DNA from: Squalus acanthias | Taxonomy: Eukaryota | Direction of reading: 5' to 3' | Assembly: GCA_030390025.1 (NCBI GenBank) | Contig: CM059425.1 | Span: 177,632,001-177,696,000 of the forward strand | DNA length: 64,000 bases | Notes under the pieces: model-generated | What the model saw: the letters and a program-made list of their open reading frames with translations, nothing else | What the model was told of the DNA's origin: nothing | Database searches by the model: none | Program-made: the position numbers and the translations under genes | Shown here: positions 10,195 to 23,227 of the stretch, one piece after another | Layout of the letters: every line of letters begins with the position of its first letter | How positions within the stretch are numbered: the first letter of the stretch is position 1

Positions 10195-13100
10195 TGTGGC
10201 GGATCGCCACCTAAACGGGCGCAATCAACTTTTCCGTCCGTGGACAATAAATCGGGCACCTTGCCTTTAAGGCGCATGCTGCCTTTAAGGCATGAAAAAA
10301 GGAGTGGGCGTCGCCCTCAGTGTGAACTTAAAAAGAGCGGGCGTCACCCTCAACCAGTAGGGTTTTGCAGAGAGAAGTTGTAGCAGCCATTTTGCCAAGG
10401 AGTATGTAATTAAAAGCCATGTGCTCCACCTATTGACTCGGCCTCAATTCGTGCTTCGTGGCAGCCACAACATTGGTGACCCCGACGCTCAGAATGTATT
10501 CCGAGCACTGCAATGGCGGACACGAACGCAGTTTCCGTGAAACTGCCGGAGTTTTGGGAAAACCTGCCCGAAGCCTGGTTCCTCCAAGTCGAGTCCTGAT
10601 TCCGGCTGCGACACATCACCACAGATGGGACGAAGTACGACTACCTCGTCACATCACTCGGTAGCTCCACAGTTACGAAGGTCTAAACAGCGCTGCAGAA
10701 CCCACCAGAGGAGGGCAGGTATGCACATCTTAAGGCCGTGCTCCTTAAAAAATTTACGGCCTCGACATGCCAGCGAAACTGTCACCTCCTCGACCTTCCA
10801 GGCCTCGGTGATGCCTCACCGTCAGACCTCCTCTCCCACATGCTCTCCCTCACTGACGAGAGCCCACCCGGATCCCTCTTCCGCACGCTGTTCATCCGCC
10901 AGCTACCTCTCAGCATCCGCCCAGCGATCGTGACATCCGGCCTCACGGACCTGGAAGCCCTGGCCGATGAGGCCGACAAGCTGCTGTCCGCTCACTCCAG
11001 CCGCGACGTCACTCCGGACCTGGCAGCCACTGCCTGGGCGCGCCCCTCACCGGCCACCAAGCGGCCACAAGGCCCAGCCACCGGGCTCACGTGCCTTCAC
11101 GCCCCACTAACCCGGGCCACTGTTACTACCACGCACGGTTCGGCGCCAGGGCACAACGGTGCACACCTCCCTGCTCTTTCAAGTCCGCCCCTGTACCAGC
11201 CCCCGCGATAGCCGTGGACCATGCGGGCTCCCTGCTGTAAGTCACGGATGACAAAACCGGCCGCCGGTTCCTGTGCGACACTGGAGCTCAGCACAGCATC
11301 ATCCCGGCCTCCGCCCTCGACATCCAAAAGGGCAAACGAGGACCGGCGCTGGCTGCTGCTAACGGCTCGGACATCCGGATGTACGGCACCCGCACAGCCA
11401 CCCTCGACCTCGCTGGTCGCCGCTACCGATGGGAGTTCATCACTGCCAAGGTGCTCTCCCCTCTCATCGGCGCAGATTTCCTGTGCACCCACGGCCTACT
11501 GGTAGACATCCCTCGACACAGCCTCGTGGACATGAACACCATGTCCCCCATCCTGGGCGCCATGGCCCCCCGTCAACCTGCCGACATGGCGTCACAGTGC
11601 CACGCCCGGGCCACGGATGACTACTCGGCACTCCTGGCTGAATTCCCGGCCCTTACCAATCTGACCTTCTCCGCGGAGGCCGCCAAACACGGGGTGGAAC
11701 ACTTCATCCCCACCACAGGCCCCCCAGTGTACGCCCACGCCCGCAGGCTGGACCCGGCCAAACTGGAGATCGCGCGGACCGAGTTTGCCACCATGGAACA
11801 GCTCGGCATCATCCGCCGCTCCAACAGTCCCTGGGCCTCCCCACTCCACATCGCCCCCAAACCAGGCGGGTGTTGGCGCCCCTGCAGGGATTACCGCCGC
11901 CTCAACGACGCCACCACCCCTGATCGGTACCCCATGCTGCACATCCAGGACTTCTCGGCTAGACTGGCCGGCCGCTCAGTCTTTTCCAAGGTTGACCTGG
12001 TGCGCGGCTACCACCAAGTCCCCATCCACCCCGCGGACGTCCCCAAGACGGCCGTAATCACCCCCTTCAGCCTTTTCGAGTTCCTGCAGATGCCCTTCGG
12101 CCTCAAAAACGCGGCCCAGGCATTCCAACGGCTCATGGACTTGGTCCTTCGGGACCTGAAGTTCCTGTTCGTCTACCTGGACGACATCCTGGTAGCCAGT
12201 TCCTCCAAGCAGGAACACCTCGAACACCTTTGCATCCTGTTTGGGCACTTCAGCGACCACGGGCTCATCCTCAGCCCAGCCAAATGCCAGTTCAGCCTGG
12301 ACAAGATCGACTTCCTCGGCCACCACATCACCCATGCTGGGGCCATTCCCCTGCCCACCAAGGTGCAGGCCGTCCAACAATTTCCCCGCCCCACCACCAT
12401 CAAAGGCCTCCAGGAGTTCCTCGGGATGGTGAATTTGTACAACCGCTTCATCCCCAAAGCGGCGTCCCTCATGAGGCCCCTGTATGAAGCCCTCCGGGGC
12501 AGGAGCGGCAAGATGGCGGTCGAATGGACGGCAGACGCGTCAGCCGCCTTCGACTCCACCAAGACCGCGCTCGCCAACGCCACCCTGCTCGCGCACCCAC
12601 GGCCCAATGCCAGGGTAGCGCTCACCACGGACGCCTCCAACCACGCGGTCGGCGCCGTGTATGAGCAGTGGGTCGATGGCGCCTGGCAACCACTTGCCTT
12701 CTTCAGCCGCCAACTACCCCCCCCCGGAGGTCAAGTACAGCACCTTCGACCGCGAGCTCCTCGCGCTGTTCCTGGCGGTCCGCCATTTTCGGTTTTTGCT
12801 GGAGGGCCACCCCTTCACTGCGTTTGTCGACCACAAACCCCTGACATTCGCAATGGCAAAGACAACCGACCCCTGGTCTGCCAGGCAGCAGCGCCAGCTC
12901 GCGGCAGTGTCCGAGTTCACCACGGACATCCAACACGTCTCCGGCCGAGACAATGTGGTAGCCGATTGCCTCTCCTGCCCTGCCATCCATGCCGCACACC
13001 TGGCAGTCGACTACGCTCAACTCGCAGCAGACCAGATCACTGACCCGGATCTGCTCTCCGCACCTACCAACCTACCAGGGCTTCGCCTGGCCGACGTCGC

Positions 13101-14596
13101 CTGTGGCCCGACCGCAGTCACGGTCAAGTGCGACATATCCCTATGTCAACCTCGGCCCAGCGTCCTGGCGCCGCCGGGTATTCGAGATTCTCCACAACCT
13201 CTCCCACCCCGGCGCCCGTGCATCCATCAAATTGGTAGCCAACCGCTTTGTCTGGTGCGGCCTTTGCAAGGATGTGCGTACTTGGGCCAACTCCTGCCTA
13301 GCCTGCCAACGGGCCAAGGTGCAGCAACACACGAAAGCACCCCTTCACGTAGATTTGACCACATCCACGTGGACATCGTCGGGCCCCTGCCGCCGTCGCA
13401 AAGCCACATGCACTTGCTGACGATCGTTGACCGCACCACGCGCTGGCCCGAGGCAATTCCACTGACCTCTACTACCACCGCCGACATCACCAGAGCCTTT
13501 GTCAGCACCTGGGTCGCACGGTTCAGCGTCCCCTCCGACATGACGTCGGACAGAGGTCCGCAATTTACCTCTGAACTCTGGACCGCTGTTGCACGCAATC
13601 TCGGGGTGACCATTCACCGCACTACAGCGTACCACCCCCAAGACAACGGACTGTGTGAGCGGTTCCACAGATCCTTGAAGGCATCTCTTCGAGCCAGCCT
13701 CCAGGACGGCGCCTGGACCGACCGACTCCCGTGGGTCCTCCTCGGCCTGCGCACCGTGGTTAAAGAAGACCTCCACGCATTGGCAGCAGAGCTCGTGTAC
13801 GGTCAGCCGCTGCACGTACCCGGCGAGTTCCTGCCCACTGCCACGACACCCTGGTCAGCCGACCAGCAACGCCACGACTTCGCCTCACCGGCGCTACAGT
13901 TCGCCCCGGTGGCCATTGCCCGACACGGCGAATCCACCTCACACGTCCCACTAAGCCTGCACCAGGCACGGTTCGTTTTCGTCCGGCACGACGCCCACCG
14001 CGGACCCCTTCAACCTCCATACGACGGGCCCTACAAGGTGCTACAGGCTGGGGACAAATTTTTCACCCTGCAAGTGGGCGACAGGACCGAAAAAGTGTCG
14101 GTTGACCGATTCAAGCCAGCACACTCGGAGCCCGGTGAGCAGGTCCCTGTAGCTCGTCCACCACCACGCGGCCGACCTGCCCTCAAGCCAGTTCACCCGG
14201 CTGCTCCACGCCCGGCCGTTCCACGTCCACCGGCGTCCTACAAGAGCCGCTCCGGCCGGCCCATCAGACCGCCGCACCGTCTCGTCCACACCTCCTAAGC
14301 GGATTCTGGGGGGAGCTGTGTGGCGGATCGCCACCTAAACGGGCGCAATCCACTTTTCCGTCCGTGGACAATAAATCGGGCACCTTGTCTTTAAGGCGCA
14401 TGCTGCCTTTAAGGCATGAAAAAAGGAGTGGGCGTCGCCCTCAGTGTGAACTTAAAAAGAGCAGGCATCGCCCTCAACCAGTAGGGTTTTGCAGAGAGAA
14501 GTTGTAGCAGCCATTTTGCCAAGGAGTATGTAATTAAAAGCCATGTACTCCACATATTGACTCGGCCTCAATTCGTGCTTCGCGGCACCCACAACA
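10195..14596 (+). mobile_element. Full-length CsRn1-type Ty3/Gypsy LTR retrotransposon (inactivated)
   Basis: 278-bp LTRs (10195-10472, 14319-14596; 9 mismatches by my count); 4-bp TSD AACT; PBS TGGTGACCCCGACG (10474-10487), complementary to the tRNA-Trp 3' end; G-rich PPT just before the 3' LTR. Confidence 0.95.
10513..14298 (+). pseudogene. gag-pol of the CsRn1-type element, with stop codons and frameshifts
   Basis: Gag start MADTNAVSVKLPEFW followed by an in-frame TGA; CHCC knuckle CYYHARFGARAQRCTPPC (11121-11174); protease FLCDTG; RT MPFGLKNA/YLDD; RNase H TTDAS; integrase HVDIVG/TSDRG/GLCER; GPY motif. Split across ORFs 10738-11211, 11379-13043, 12661-14298 and 12989-13420. Confidence 0.92.
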
Positions 14597-14603
14597 AACT
14601 TAT

Positions 14604-15289
14604 ATTGAACTGGAATAGCATGACAGGTAGATAAGGTGGTTAAGAAGGCATACGGAATACTTTCCTTTATTAGCTGAGGCATAGAATATAAGAGCAGGGA
14701 AGTTATGCTTGAACTGTATAAAACACTAGTTAGGCCACAGCTAGAGTACTGCGTGCAGTTCTGGTCACCACATTACAGGAAAGATGTGATTGCACGAGAG
14801 AGGGTACAGAGGAGATTTACAAGGATGTTGTCAGGACTGGAGAATTTTAGCTATGAGGAAAGATTGGATAGGCTGGGGTTGTTTTCTTTGGAACAGAGGC
14901 GGCTGAGGAGAGACTTAATTGAGGTGTATAAAATTATGAGGGGCCTAGATAGAGTGGATAGGAAACACCTATTTCTCTTAGCAAAGAGGTCAATAACCAG
15001 GGGCCATAGCTTTAAAGGAATTGGTAGAAGGATTAGAGGGGAGTTGAGGAGAACCTATTTCACCCAGAGGGTGGTGGGAGTCTGGAACTCACTGCCTGAA
15101 AGGGTGGTAGAGGAATAAACCCTCATCACATTTAAAAATTACTCGGATATGCATTTGAAGTGCCGTAACCTACAAGGCTATAGACCAAGAGCTGGAAAGT
15201 GGGATTAGGCTGGATAGCTCTTTTTCGGCTGGCACAGATATGATAGGCCGAATGGCCTCCTTCTGTGCCATACATTTCGATGATTCTAT
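14604..15289 (+). mobile_element. 5'-truncated CR1 LINE
   Basis: ORF 14705-15118 (LYKTLVRPQLEYCVQFWSP...RLRRDLIEVYK...FTQRVV); CR1 3' UTR with GAATGGCCT stem and TTCTAT tail. Confidence 0.85.
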
Positions 15290-15864
15290 AACCTTGGTTA
15301 GACCACACTTGGAGTGCTGTAAACAGTTCTGGTCTTCATATTACAAAAAGGATATAGAGGCACTGGAGAAAGTTGCAAAAAAGATTCACAAGGATGATAC
15401 CAGAACTGAGAGGTTATAACTATCAGGAAAGATTGAACAAGCTGGGGCTCTTTTCGCTAGAAAAGAGAAGGCTGAGGGGTGACCTGATAGAGGTCTTTAA
15501 GGTAATGAAGGGGTTTGCTAGGGTAGACGTAGAGGAGATATTTCCACTTGTGGGGGAATTCAAAACTAGGGGACATGAATATAAGATAGGCACTAATCAA
15601 TCCAATAAAGAATTTAGAAGAAAATTCTTTACCCAGAGAGTGGTTAGAATGTGGAACTCACTACACAAGGAGCGGTCAAGGCAAATAGCAAAGATACATT
15701 TAAGGGGAACCTTGATAATTACACAAGGGAGAAAGGAATAGAAGATTATGCTGATAGAGTTAGATGAAATAGGATGGGAAGAGGCTCGTGTGGAGCATAA
15801 ACACCAGCACAGACCAGTTGGGCTGAATGGCTGTTTCTGTACTGTAAATTCTATGTAACTTCTA

Positions 15865-16050
15865 CAGATTATCTGGTCATTATCACATTGCTGTTTGTGG
15901 GAGCTTGCTGTGTGTAAATTGGCTGCCGCGTTTCCCACATTACAACAGTGACTACACTTCAAAAAAGTACTTCATTGGCTGTAAAGCGCTTTGAGATGTC
16001 CGGTGGTCATGAAAGGTGCTATATAAATGCAAGTCTTTCTGTTTCTTTTA
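15865..16050 (+). mobile_element. 3' part of a DeuSINE-like SINE
   Basis: Near-identical to 53975-54150 (CAGATTATCTGGTCATTATCACATTGCTG...CTATATAAATGCAAGTCTTTC). Confidence 0.8.
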
Positions 16051-17340
16051 AAACATCCCAAGACACTTCATAGGAGCGTAATCAGACAAAAATTGACACC
16101 AAGCCAAAGAAAGAGGGGTGACTAAAAGCTTGGTCAAAGTGGTAGATTTTAAGGAGCGTCTTAAATGAGGAGAAAGAGGTGGAGAGACTCAGAGGTTTCA
16201 AGAGGGAATTCCTGAGCTTAGGGCTTTGATGGCTAAAAGCACATGCACCAATGATGGGTCAAACAAAGTGGGGTATACCGGAGAGGCCAGAGTTGGAGGA
16301 ATGTAGGGTTCTTGGAGGGTTTTAGGGCTGGAGGAGGTTACAGAGATAGGGAGTGGCGAGGTGCTGAAGGGATTTAAACACAAGGATGAGATTTTTAAAT
16401 TGGAGATATTGGGGGACCAGAAGCCAATGTATGTCAGTGAGGACAAGGGTGTGAAGAGAATGTGAAAAAACTAATCATGAATCAGAATGAAAATATTGCC
16501 CTATGTTATAAACGGAGGTATTTATTTAAAGGGACAGTGGCAGCATGGAATAGAAATTGGCAAAGTGACAGGAAACAGAGAGTAGTGGTGAACGGTTGTT
16601 TTTCAGACTGGAGGAAGGTATACAGTGGTGTTCCCCCGGGGTTGGTACTAGGACCACTGCTTTTCTTGATATGTATTAATCACTTGGACGTGGGTGTACA
16701 GGACACAATTTCAAAATTTGCAGATGACACAAAACTTGGAAGTATAGTGAACAGTGAGGAGGATAGTGATAGACTTCAAGAAGACGCAGCGAGTGGTTAG
16801 GATCTGGAATGCACAGCCTGAAAGGGTGGTGGAGGCAGACTCAATCATGGTTTTCAAAAGGGAGTTGGATAAGTACCTGAAGGAAAAAAAATTGCAGGGC
16901 TACGGGGAAAGGGCGGGGGAGTGGGACTAGCTGAAGTTCTCTTGCAGAGAGCTGGCATGGGCTCGACAGGCTGAATGGCCTCCTTCTGTGCTGTAACCAT
17001 TCTATTATTCTATGTTGATCACACTGGTCAGTTGCTGATTCACTGTTATATTATTTAAGCAATATATCTGAGGCAACAGGCAGAATTCAATTAGAGAGAC
17101 CAAATACCCATTATATATCATCCGATAATCCTCAAGTGATAGAGAGTGGCGAGGCCATGGAGAGAATTAGAGTCATAGAGTTATAGAGAATTGAATACCA
17201 AGATGTGAATTTTAAAATTGGGGCGTTGGTAGACTGGGAGCCAATGTAGGTCAGCAAGCACAAATTGATAGGTGAATGGGACTTGGTACGAGTTAGGATA
17301 CAGGCAGCAGAGTTTTGGATGAGCTGAAATTTATGCACAT
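16050..17340 (-). mobile_element. L2 fragment containing a duplicated block and a plus-strand CR1 fragment (16526-17011)
   Basis: Antisense L2 similarity at 16050-16450 and 17138-17340; CR1 RT (KFADDTKL) and 3' tail at 16526-17011. Confidence 0.65.
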
Positions 17341-18141
17341 TAGGTGATGACAAGATCAAAGTCAGATGGAGTGGGCCACTGGCTCCCATGGTCAAATCAT
17401 CTGTCAACTCTCACTTTTTATACTCTCAAAGAATGTTCACTTGAATAAGGTACCAGAGGACGGCCAGCGCTCAAGCAATTGTAACACGGCACCAGATGCA
17501 AGTGCTTTGCAAAACAAATCATTTACAATGTTCTGAAAGGAATACAGGCAAACATAGTCAAATTAGAAAATGGCCTAAAGGACAGTTCGTGATCAGTTTC
17601 GTTTGGGGCAAAAAATCCTAATCAAGATTTAAAATAATAAATTTCATATCAGAAAATAGTTAACCTTCATCCCATAATAAAATAAATAACATTAATCAAC
17701 ATGTGTTGAACTAATTAACAGGCTGAAGTTCAAGATAGCAAACTAAATGATGAGTCACGTACTGAACCAGGAAATTAAGTATTGGGAGGGGAATTTGAGG
17801 TACTATGATCTTCAATTCTGCAATGCAGTATCCACTAAACTGATTATGTCCATCTGAGCTCAGTTTTAGCCATGATTTGAACCAGTGCCTGGCCTGTTGT
17901 AGTTTTGAAAAAAAACTCACTACCTAGCCTTCAACAATAGTGCAGAACCCTCCATTGCAGCCAACACACTGAATGGTAGCAATTAGCAGCTCCTCCATAA
18001 TATTTCAGAGCACATGTTATAGAAGGTGCAGTCCTCACCACTTATACACATCCTTAAGGTGGGCAAATGTCTATAATGGGCAATTAACAATTATCATAGA
18101 AATCAATTACAAAGGAGCCGCTTACAATGTATTAAATACAT

Positions 18142-19035
18142 AAGGTCAGAAATGGGGATGTTCGTTGATGACTGCACAGTGTTCAGTACCATTCGCAACT
18201 CCTCAGATAATGAAGCAGTCCGTGCCCGAATGCAACAAGACCTGGATGACGTTCAGGCTTGGGCTGATAAGTGGCAGGTAATATTCGCACCACACAAATG
18301 CCAGGCAATGACAAACTCCAACAAGCGAGAGTCTAACCACCGTCCTTTGACATTCAACGGCATTACCATTGCCAAATCCCCCACCATCAACATCCTGGGG
18401 GTCACCATTGACCAGAAACTTAACTGGACCAGCCACATAAATACTGTGGCAACAAGAGCAGGTCAGAGGCTAGGTATTCCGCAGCAGGTGTCTCACCTCC
18501 TGACTCCCTAAAGCCTTTCCACCATCTACAAGGCACAAGTAAGGAGTGTGATGGAATACTCTCCACTGCCTGGATGAGTGTAGCTCCAACAACAATCAAG
18601 AAGCTTGACACCATCCAGGACAAGGCAGCCCGCTTGATTGGCACCCCATCCACCACCTTAAACATTCACTCCCTCCACCACCGGCACACTGGTGTACCAT
18701 CAACTCGCCAAGGCTTCTTCGGCAGCACCTCCCAAACCCGTGACCTCTACCACCTAGAAGGACAAGGGCAGCAGGCACATGGGAACACCACCACCTCCAA
18801 GTTCCCCTCCAAGTCACACACCATATTGACTTGGAAGTATATTGCCGTTCCTTCATCGTCGCTGGGTCAAAATCTTGGAACTCCATCCCTAACAGCACTG
18901 TGGGAGTACCTTCACCACACGGACTGCAGCGGTTCAAGAAGGTGGCTCACCACCACCTTCTCAACGGCAATTAGGGATGGGCAATAAATGCTGGCCTTGC
19001 CAGTGACGCCCACATCCCGTAAACAAATTTTTAAA
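18142..19035 (+). mobile_element. 5'-truncated non-LTR retrotransposon, same family as 56896-58303
   Basis: MFVDDCTVF...QQDLDDVQAWADKWQ; ends GGGCAATAAATGCTGGCC...CCCACATCCC plus an A-rich tail, colinear with 57380-58303. Confidence 0.88.
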
Positions 19036-20712
19036 AATATACCCGCCTTTGGCCCATATCCCTTAATACCTTTGGTTAACAGAAAGCTATCAATCTCCGA
19101 TTTAAAATTAACAATTGATCGAGCATCAATTGGCGTTTGCGGAAGAGTTTTCCAAACTTCTACCACCCTTAGTGTGTAGAAGTGTTTCCTAATTTCACTC
19201 CTGAAAGGTCTGGCTTTAATTTTTAGACTATGCCCCCTAGTCCTAGGATCCCCAACCAGTGGAACCAGTTTCTCTCTATCTACCCTATCCGTTCCCCTTA
19301 ATATCTTAAAAACTTTGATCAGATCACTCCTTAACCTCCTAAATTCTAGGGAATACAACCTTAATTTGTGTAATCTCTCCTCGTACCTTAACCCTTGAAG
19401 TCCGGGTATTATTCTGGTAAACCTACGCTGTACTCCCTCCAAGGCCAATATATCCTTCCTAAGGTGTGGTGCCCAGAACTGCTCACAGTACTCCAGGTGT
19501 GGTCTAACCAGGGTTTTGTATAGCTGCAGCATAACTTCTACCCCCTTGTCCTCTAGATATAAAGGCCAGCATCCCATTAGCCTTTTTGATTATTTTCTGT
19601 TCCTGTTCATGACATTTTAATAATCTATGTACCTGGACCCCCAAGTCTCTTTGGACCTCCACTGTTTTTAGCCTTTCACCATTTAGAAAGTACTCTGTTC
19701 TATCCTTTTTAGGTCCAAAGTGGATGACCTCACATTTGCCTACATTGAAATCCATTTGCCACAGTTTTGCCCATTCACTTAATCTGTCGATATCCCTTTG
19801 TAATTTTATGCTTCCATCTACACTGCCTACAATTCCACCTATCTTTGTGTCTTTGGCAAATTTGGATAAATGACTTTCTATTCCATCATCTAAGTCATTA
19901 TTAAATACTGTGAATAGTTGAGGCCCCAACACAGATCCGTGCGGGACACCAGTAGTCAGCTCCTGCCAATTTGAGTACCTACCCATTATGCCTACTGCTC
20001 GTCTCCTGTTGCTCAGCCAATTTCCTAACCAGGTCAATAATTTGCCCTCAATTCCGTGGGCTTCTACCTTAGTTAACAGTCTCTTATGTGGGACTTTATC
20101 AAATGCCTTCTGGAAGTCCACATAAATAACATCCATAGACATTCCCCTGTCCACTACTTTAGTCACCTCTTCAAAAAATTCATTCAGGTTTGTCAGGCAT
20201 GACCAGCCTTTCACAAATCCATGCTGGCTCTCTCTGATCAACTGAAAATTTATGAGGTGTTCAGTCACCCTATCTTTAATTCTAGACTCTAGCAATTTCC
20301 CGACAACAGATGTTAGGCCAATTGGTCTATAATTCCCTGGTTTCCCTCTCTCACCATTTTTAAATAGCGGCGTGACATGCACAATTTTCCAATCTAAAGG
20401 GATGGTTCCTGAATCGAGAGAACTTTGGAAGATTATAGTTAGGGCATCTGCAATGGGCTCACCTACTTCCTTTAAAACCCTGGGATGGAAACCATCTGGT
20501 CCTGGGGATTTGTCACTCTTTAGTGCCATTATTTTCTTCATTACTGTTAATTTACTTACATTAATTTTATTGAGTCCCTGTCCCTGATTTAGTTTCCTTG
20601 GGATTTCTGGCATGCTATCCTCTTCCTCTACTGTAAATACTGATGCAAAGTAATTATTCAACATGTCCACCATTTCCTTATCATTGATAATATCACCGCT
20701 AAACATTTCTAT
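19036..20712 (-). mobile_element. CR1 LINE ORF2 fragment (RT)
   Basis: ORFs 19504-20778 and 18912-19577: KSPGPDG, NYRPI, DFQKAFDKVPH, GSVLGP, FAKDTK, LVRPHLEY. Confidence 0.9.
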
Positions 20713-20714
20713 TA

Positions 20715-23227
20715 ACATAAGAACATAAGAAATAGGAGCAGGATTACGCCATTTGGTCCTTTGAGCCTGCTCCGCCATTCAATAAGATCATGGCTGATCT
20801 ACTACCTCATCTCCACTTTCCTGCACTATCCCCATATCTCTTGATTTCCTTAATATTTAAAAATCTATCGATCTCTGTCTTGAATATACTCAACGACTGA
20901 GCCTCCACAGCCCTCTGGGGTAGAGAATTCCAAAGATTCACCACCCTCAGAGTGAAGAAATTTCTCATCTCAGTCCTAAATGGCCGACCCCTTATTCTGA
21001 GACTGTGACCCCTGGTTCTAGACTCCCCAGCCAGGGGCAACATCCTCCCTGCATCTACCCTGTCAAACCCTGTAAGAATTTTGTATGTTTCAATGAGATC
21101 ACCTCTCATTCTTCTAAACTCTATAGCATATAGACCTAGTCTACTCAATCTGTCCTCATAGGACAATCCCCCCATCCCAGGAACCAGTCTGGTGAACCTA
21201 TGTCGCACTCCCTCTATGGCAAGTTTATCCTTCCTTGGGTTAGGAGACCAAAACTGTACAAATACTCCAGGTGTGGTCTCACCAGGGCCCTATATAATTG
21301 CAGTAAGACATCTTTACTCTTCTACTCAAATTATCTTGGAATAAAGGCCAACATACCATTTGCTTTCCTAATTGCTTGCTGTACCTGCATGTTAACTTTT
21401 AGTGATTCATGTACAAGGACACCCAGGTCCCTCTGAACACCAACATTTCCCAATCTCTCACCATTTAAAAAATCCTCTGCTTTTCCTACCAAAGTGGATA
21501 ACTTCACATTTCTCCACATTATATTCCATTTGCCATGTTCTTGCCCCCTCACTTAGCCTGTCTATATCCCCTTGAAGCCTCCTTGCATCCTCCTCACAAC
21601 TTACATTCCCACCCAGCTTTGTATCATCAGCAAACTTGGATATATTACATTTGGTCCCCTCATCCAAATCATTGATGTAGTTTGTGAATAGCTGAGGCCC
21701 AAGCACTGATCCTTGCGGTACCCCACTAGTTACAGCCTGCCAACCTGAAAATGACCAGTTTATTCCTGCTCTCTGTTTTCTGTCCATTAACCAATCCTCA
21801 ATCCAATCTAGTATATTACCCCCAATCCAATGAGCCCTAATTTTGTTTCATAACCTCTTGTGTGGCACCTTATCGAATGCCTTCTGAAAATCCAAATACA
21901 CCACATCCACTGGTTCCCCCTTATCTATTCTGCTAGTTACAACCTCAAAAAACTACCAACAGATTTGTCAAACATGATTTCCCTTTCATAAATCCTTGTT
22001 GACTCTGCCCAATCCTATTATTTTTTAAGTGCCCTGTTACCATGTCCTTAATAAATTCTAGCATTTCCCTACTACTGATGTCAGGCTAACTGGTCTGTAG
22101 TTCCCTGTTTTCTCTCTCCCTCCTTTCTTAACATAGAAACATAGAATCTAGGAGCAGGAGTAGGCCATTCAGCCCGTCGAGCCTGCTCCACCATTCAATA
22201 CGATCATGGCTGATCATCCAAATCCAATACCCTGTCCCTGCTTTAATCCCCACAGTACACATATCCCACCCTACCCCCGTAACCCCACGTATTTAATTCC
22301 CCCTAACATATCCCATCCTATCCCCACTTAAATAGTGGGGTTACATTTGCTACCTGCCAATCCACAGGAACAGTTCTAGAATCTATGGAATTTTGTAAAA
22401 TGACAACCAATGCATCTATCTCTATAGCCAACACTTTCAAAACCCTAGGATGTAGGCCATCAGGTCCAGGGGATTTATTGGCTTTCAGTCCTATTAATTT
22501 CTCCAGTACTACTTTTTTACTAATACCTTTCAGTTCCTGATTCTCACTAGACACTTGGTTCTCCACTATTTCTGGGAAGTTTTTTGCATCTTCTTCTGTG
22601 AAGACGGACAGTATTTGTTTAATTTCTCTGCAGTTTCCTTATTCCCCATTATAATTTCTCCTGTCTCAGCCTGTAAGGGACCCACATTTACTTTTGCTAA
22701 TCTTTTCCTTACATACCTATAGAAGCTTTTACAGTCTGTTTTTTATGTCTCTCGCTAGTTTACTCTCATTCTATTTTCCCTTTCTTTATCAATTTCTTGG
22801 TCCTCCTTTGCTGAATTCTAAAATCCTCAGGTTTACTACTCTTTTTGGCAGCATTATAAGCCTCTTCCTTTGATCTAATTCTAGCTTTAACTTCTTGTTA
22901 GCCATGGTTGGACCACTTTTTGTGGGTTTTTTTTTGCCTTAAACGAATGTATATTTTATTGTAAATTATGTATTAATTCTTTAAATGCCAGTCATTGCTC
23001 GTCCACTGTCATAGTTGATAAATGTAGTTTCCCAATCTACCTTAGCCAACTCGTCCCTCATACCTACATAGTTTGTTTTGTTTAGATTTAAGACCCTAGT
23101 TTCAGATTTAACCAAGTCACTTTCAAACTCAATATAAAATTCTATCATATTATGATCACTCTTCCCTAAAGGCCCCTTTACTACAAGGTTATTAATTAAC
23201 CCTTTCTCATTGCACAATATTAGATCT
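20715..23227 (-). mobile_element. CR1 LINE (3' end to endonuclease C-terminus), decayed; continues briefly at ~25244-25305
   Basis: Tail (ACATAAGA)2 at ~20716; RT ORFs 20807-21208, 21458-21787 (KFADDTKL), 22318-22566; LGKSDHN endonuclease motif in 22981-23217. Confidence 0.88.
22132..22326 (-). mobile_element. Short insertion with a CR1-type 3' tail and G-rich body (possible truncated SINE)
   Basis: Flanked by CTTAA direct repeats (22127-22131, 22327-22331) that restore the host CR1; CR1 3' end joined to a non-CR1 G-rich segment. Confidence 0.65.

Larger units (their letters stand above)
8750..15860 (+). mobile_element. Old CR1 LINE RT/3' fragment split by later insertions (pieces ~8750-9185, 10075-10194, 15290-15860)
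   Basis: CR1 RT motifs (YLDFQ, GPLLFIIYINDL, KFNIDKCEVVHFG, LVRPHLE, FTQRVV) stay colinear across the inserted MITE, LTR element and second CR1. TTCTATG-type tail near 15850. Confidence 0.75.

Noticed and set aside
11097..14334. Many overlapping antisense and alternate-frame ORFs
   Set aside because: Expected by-product of the GC-rich retrotransposon coding sequence; no recognisable domains.
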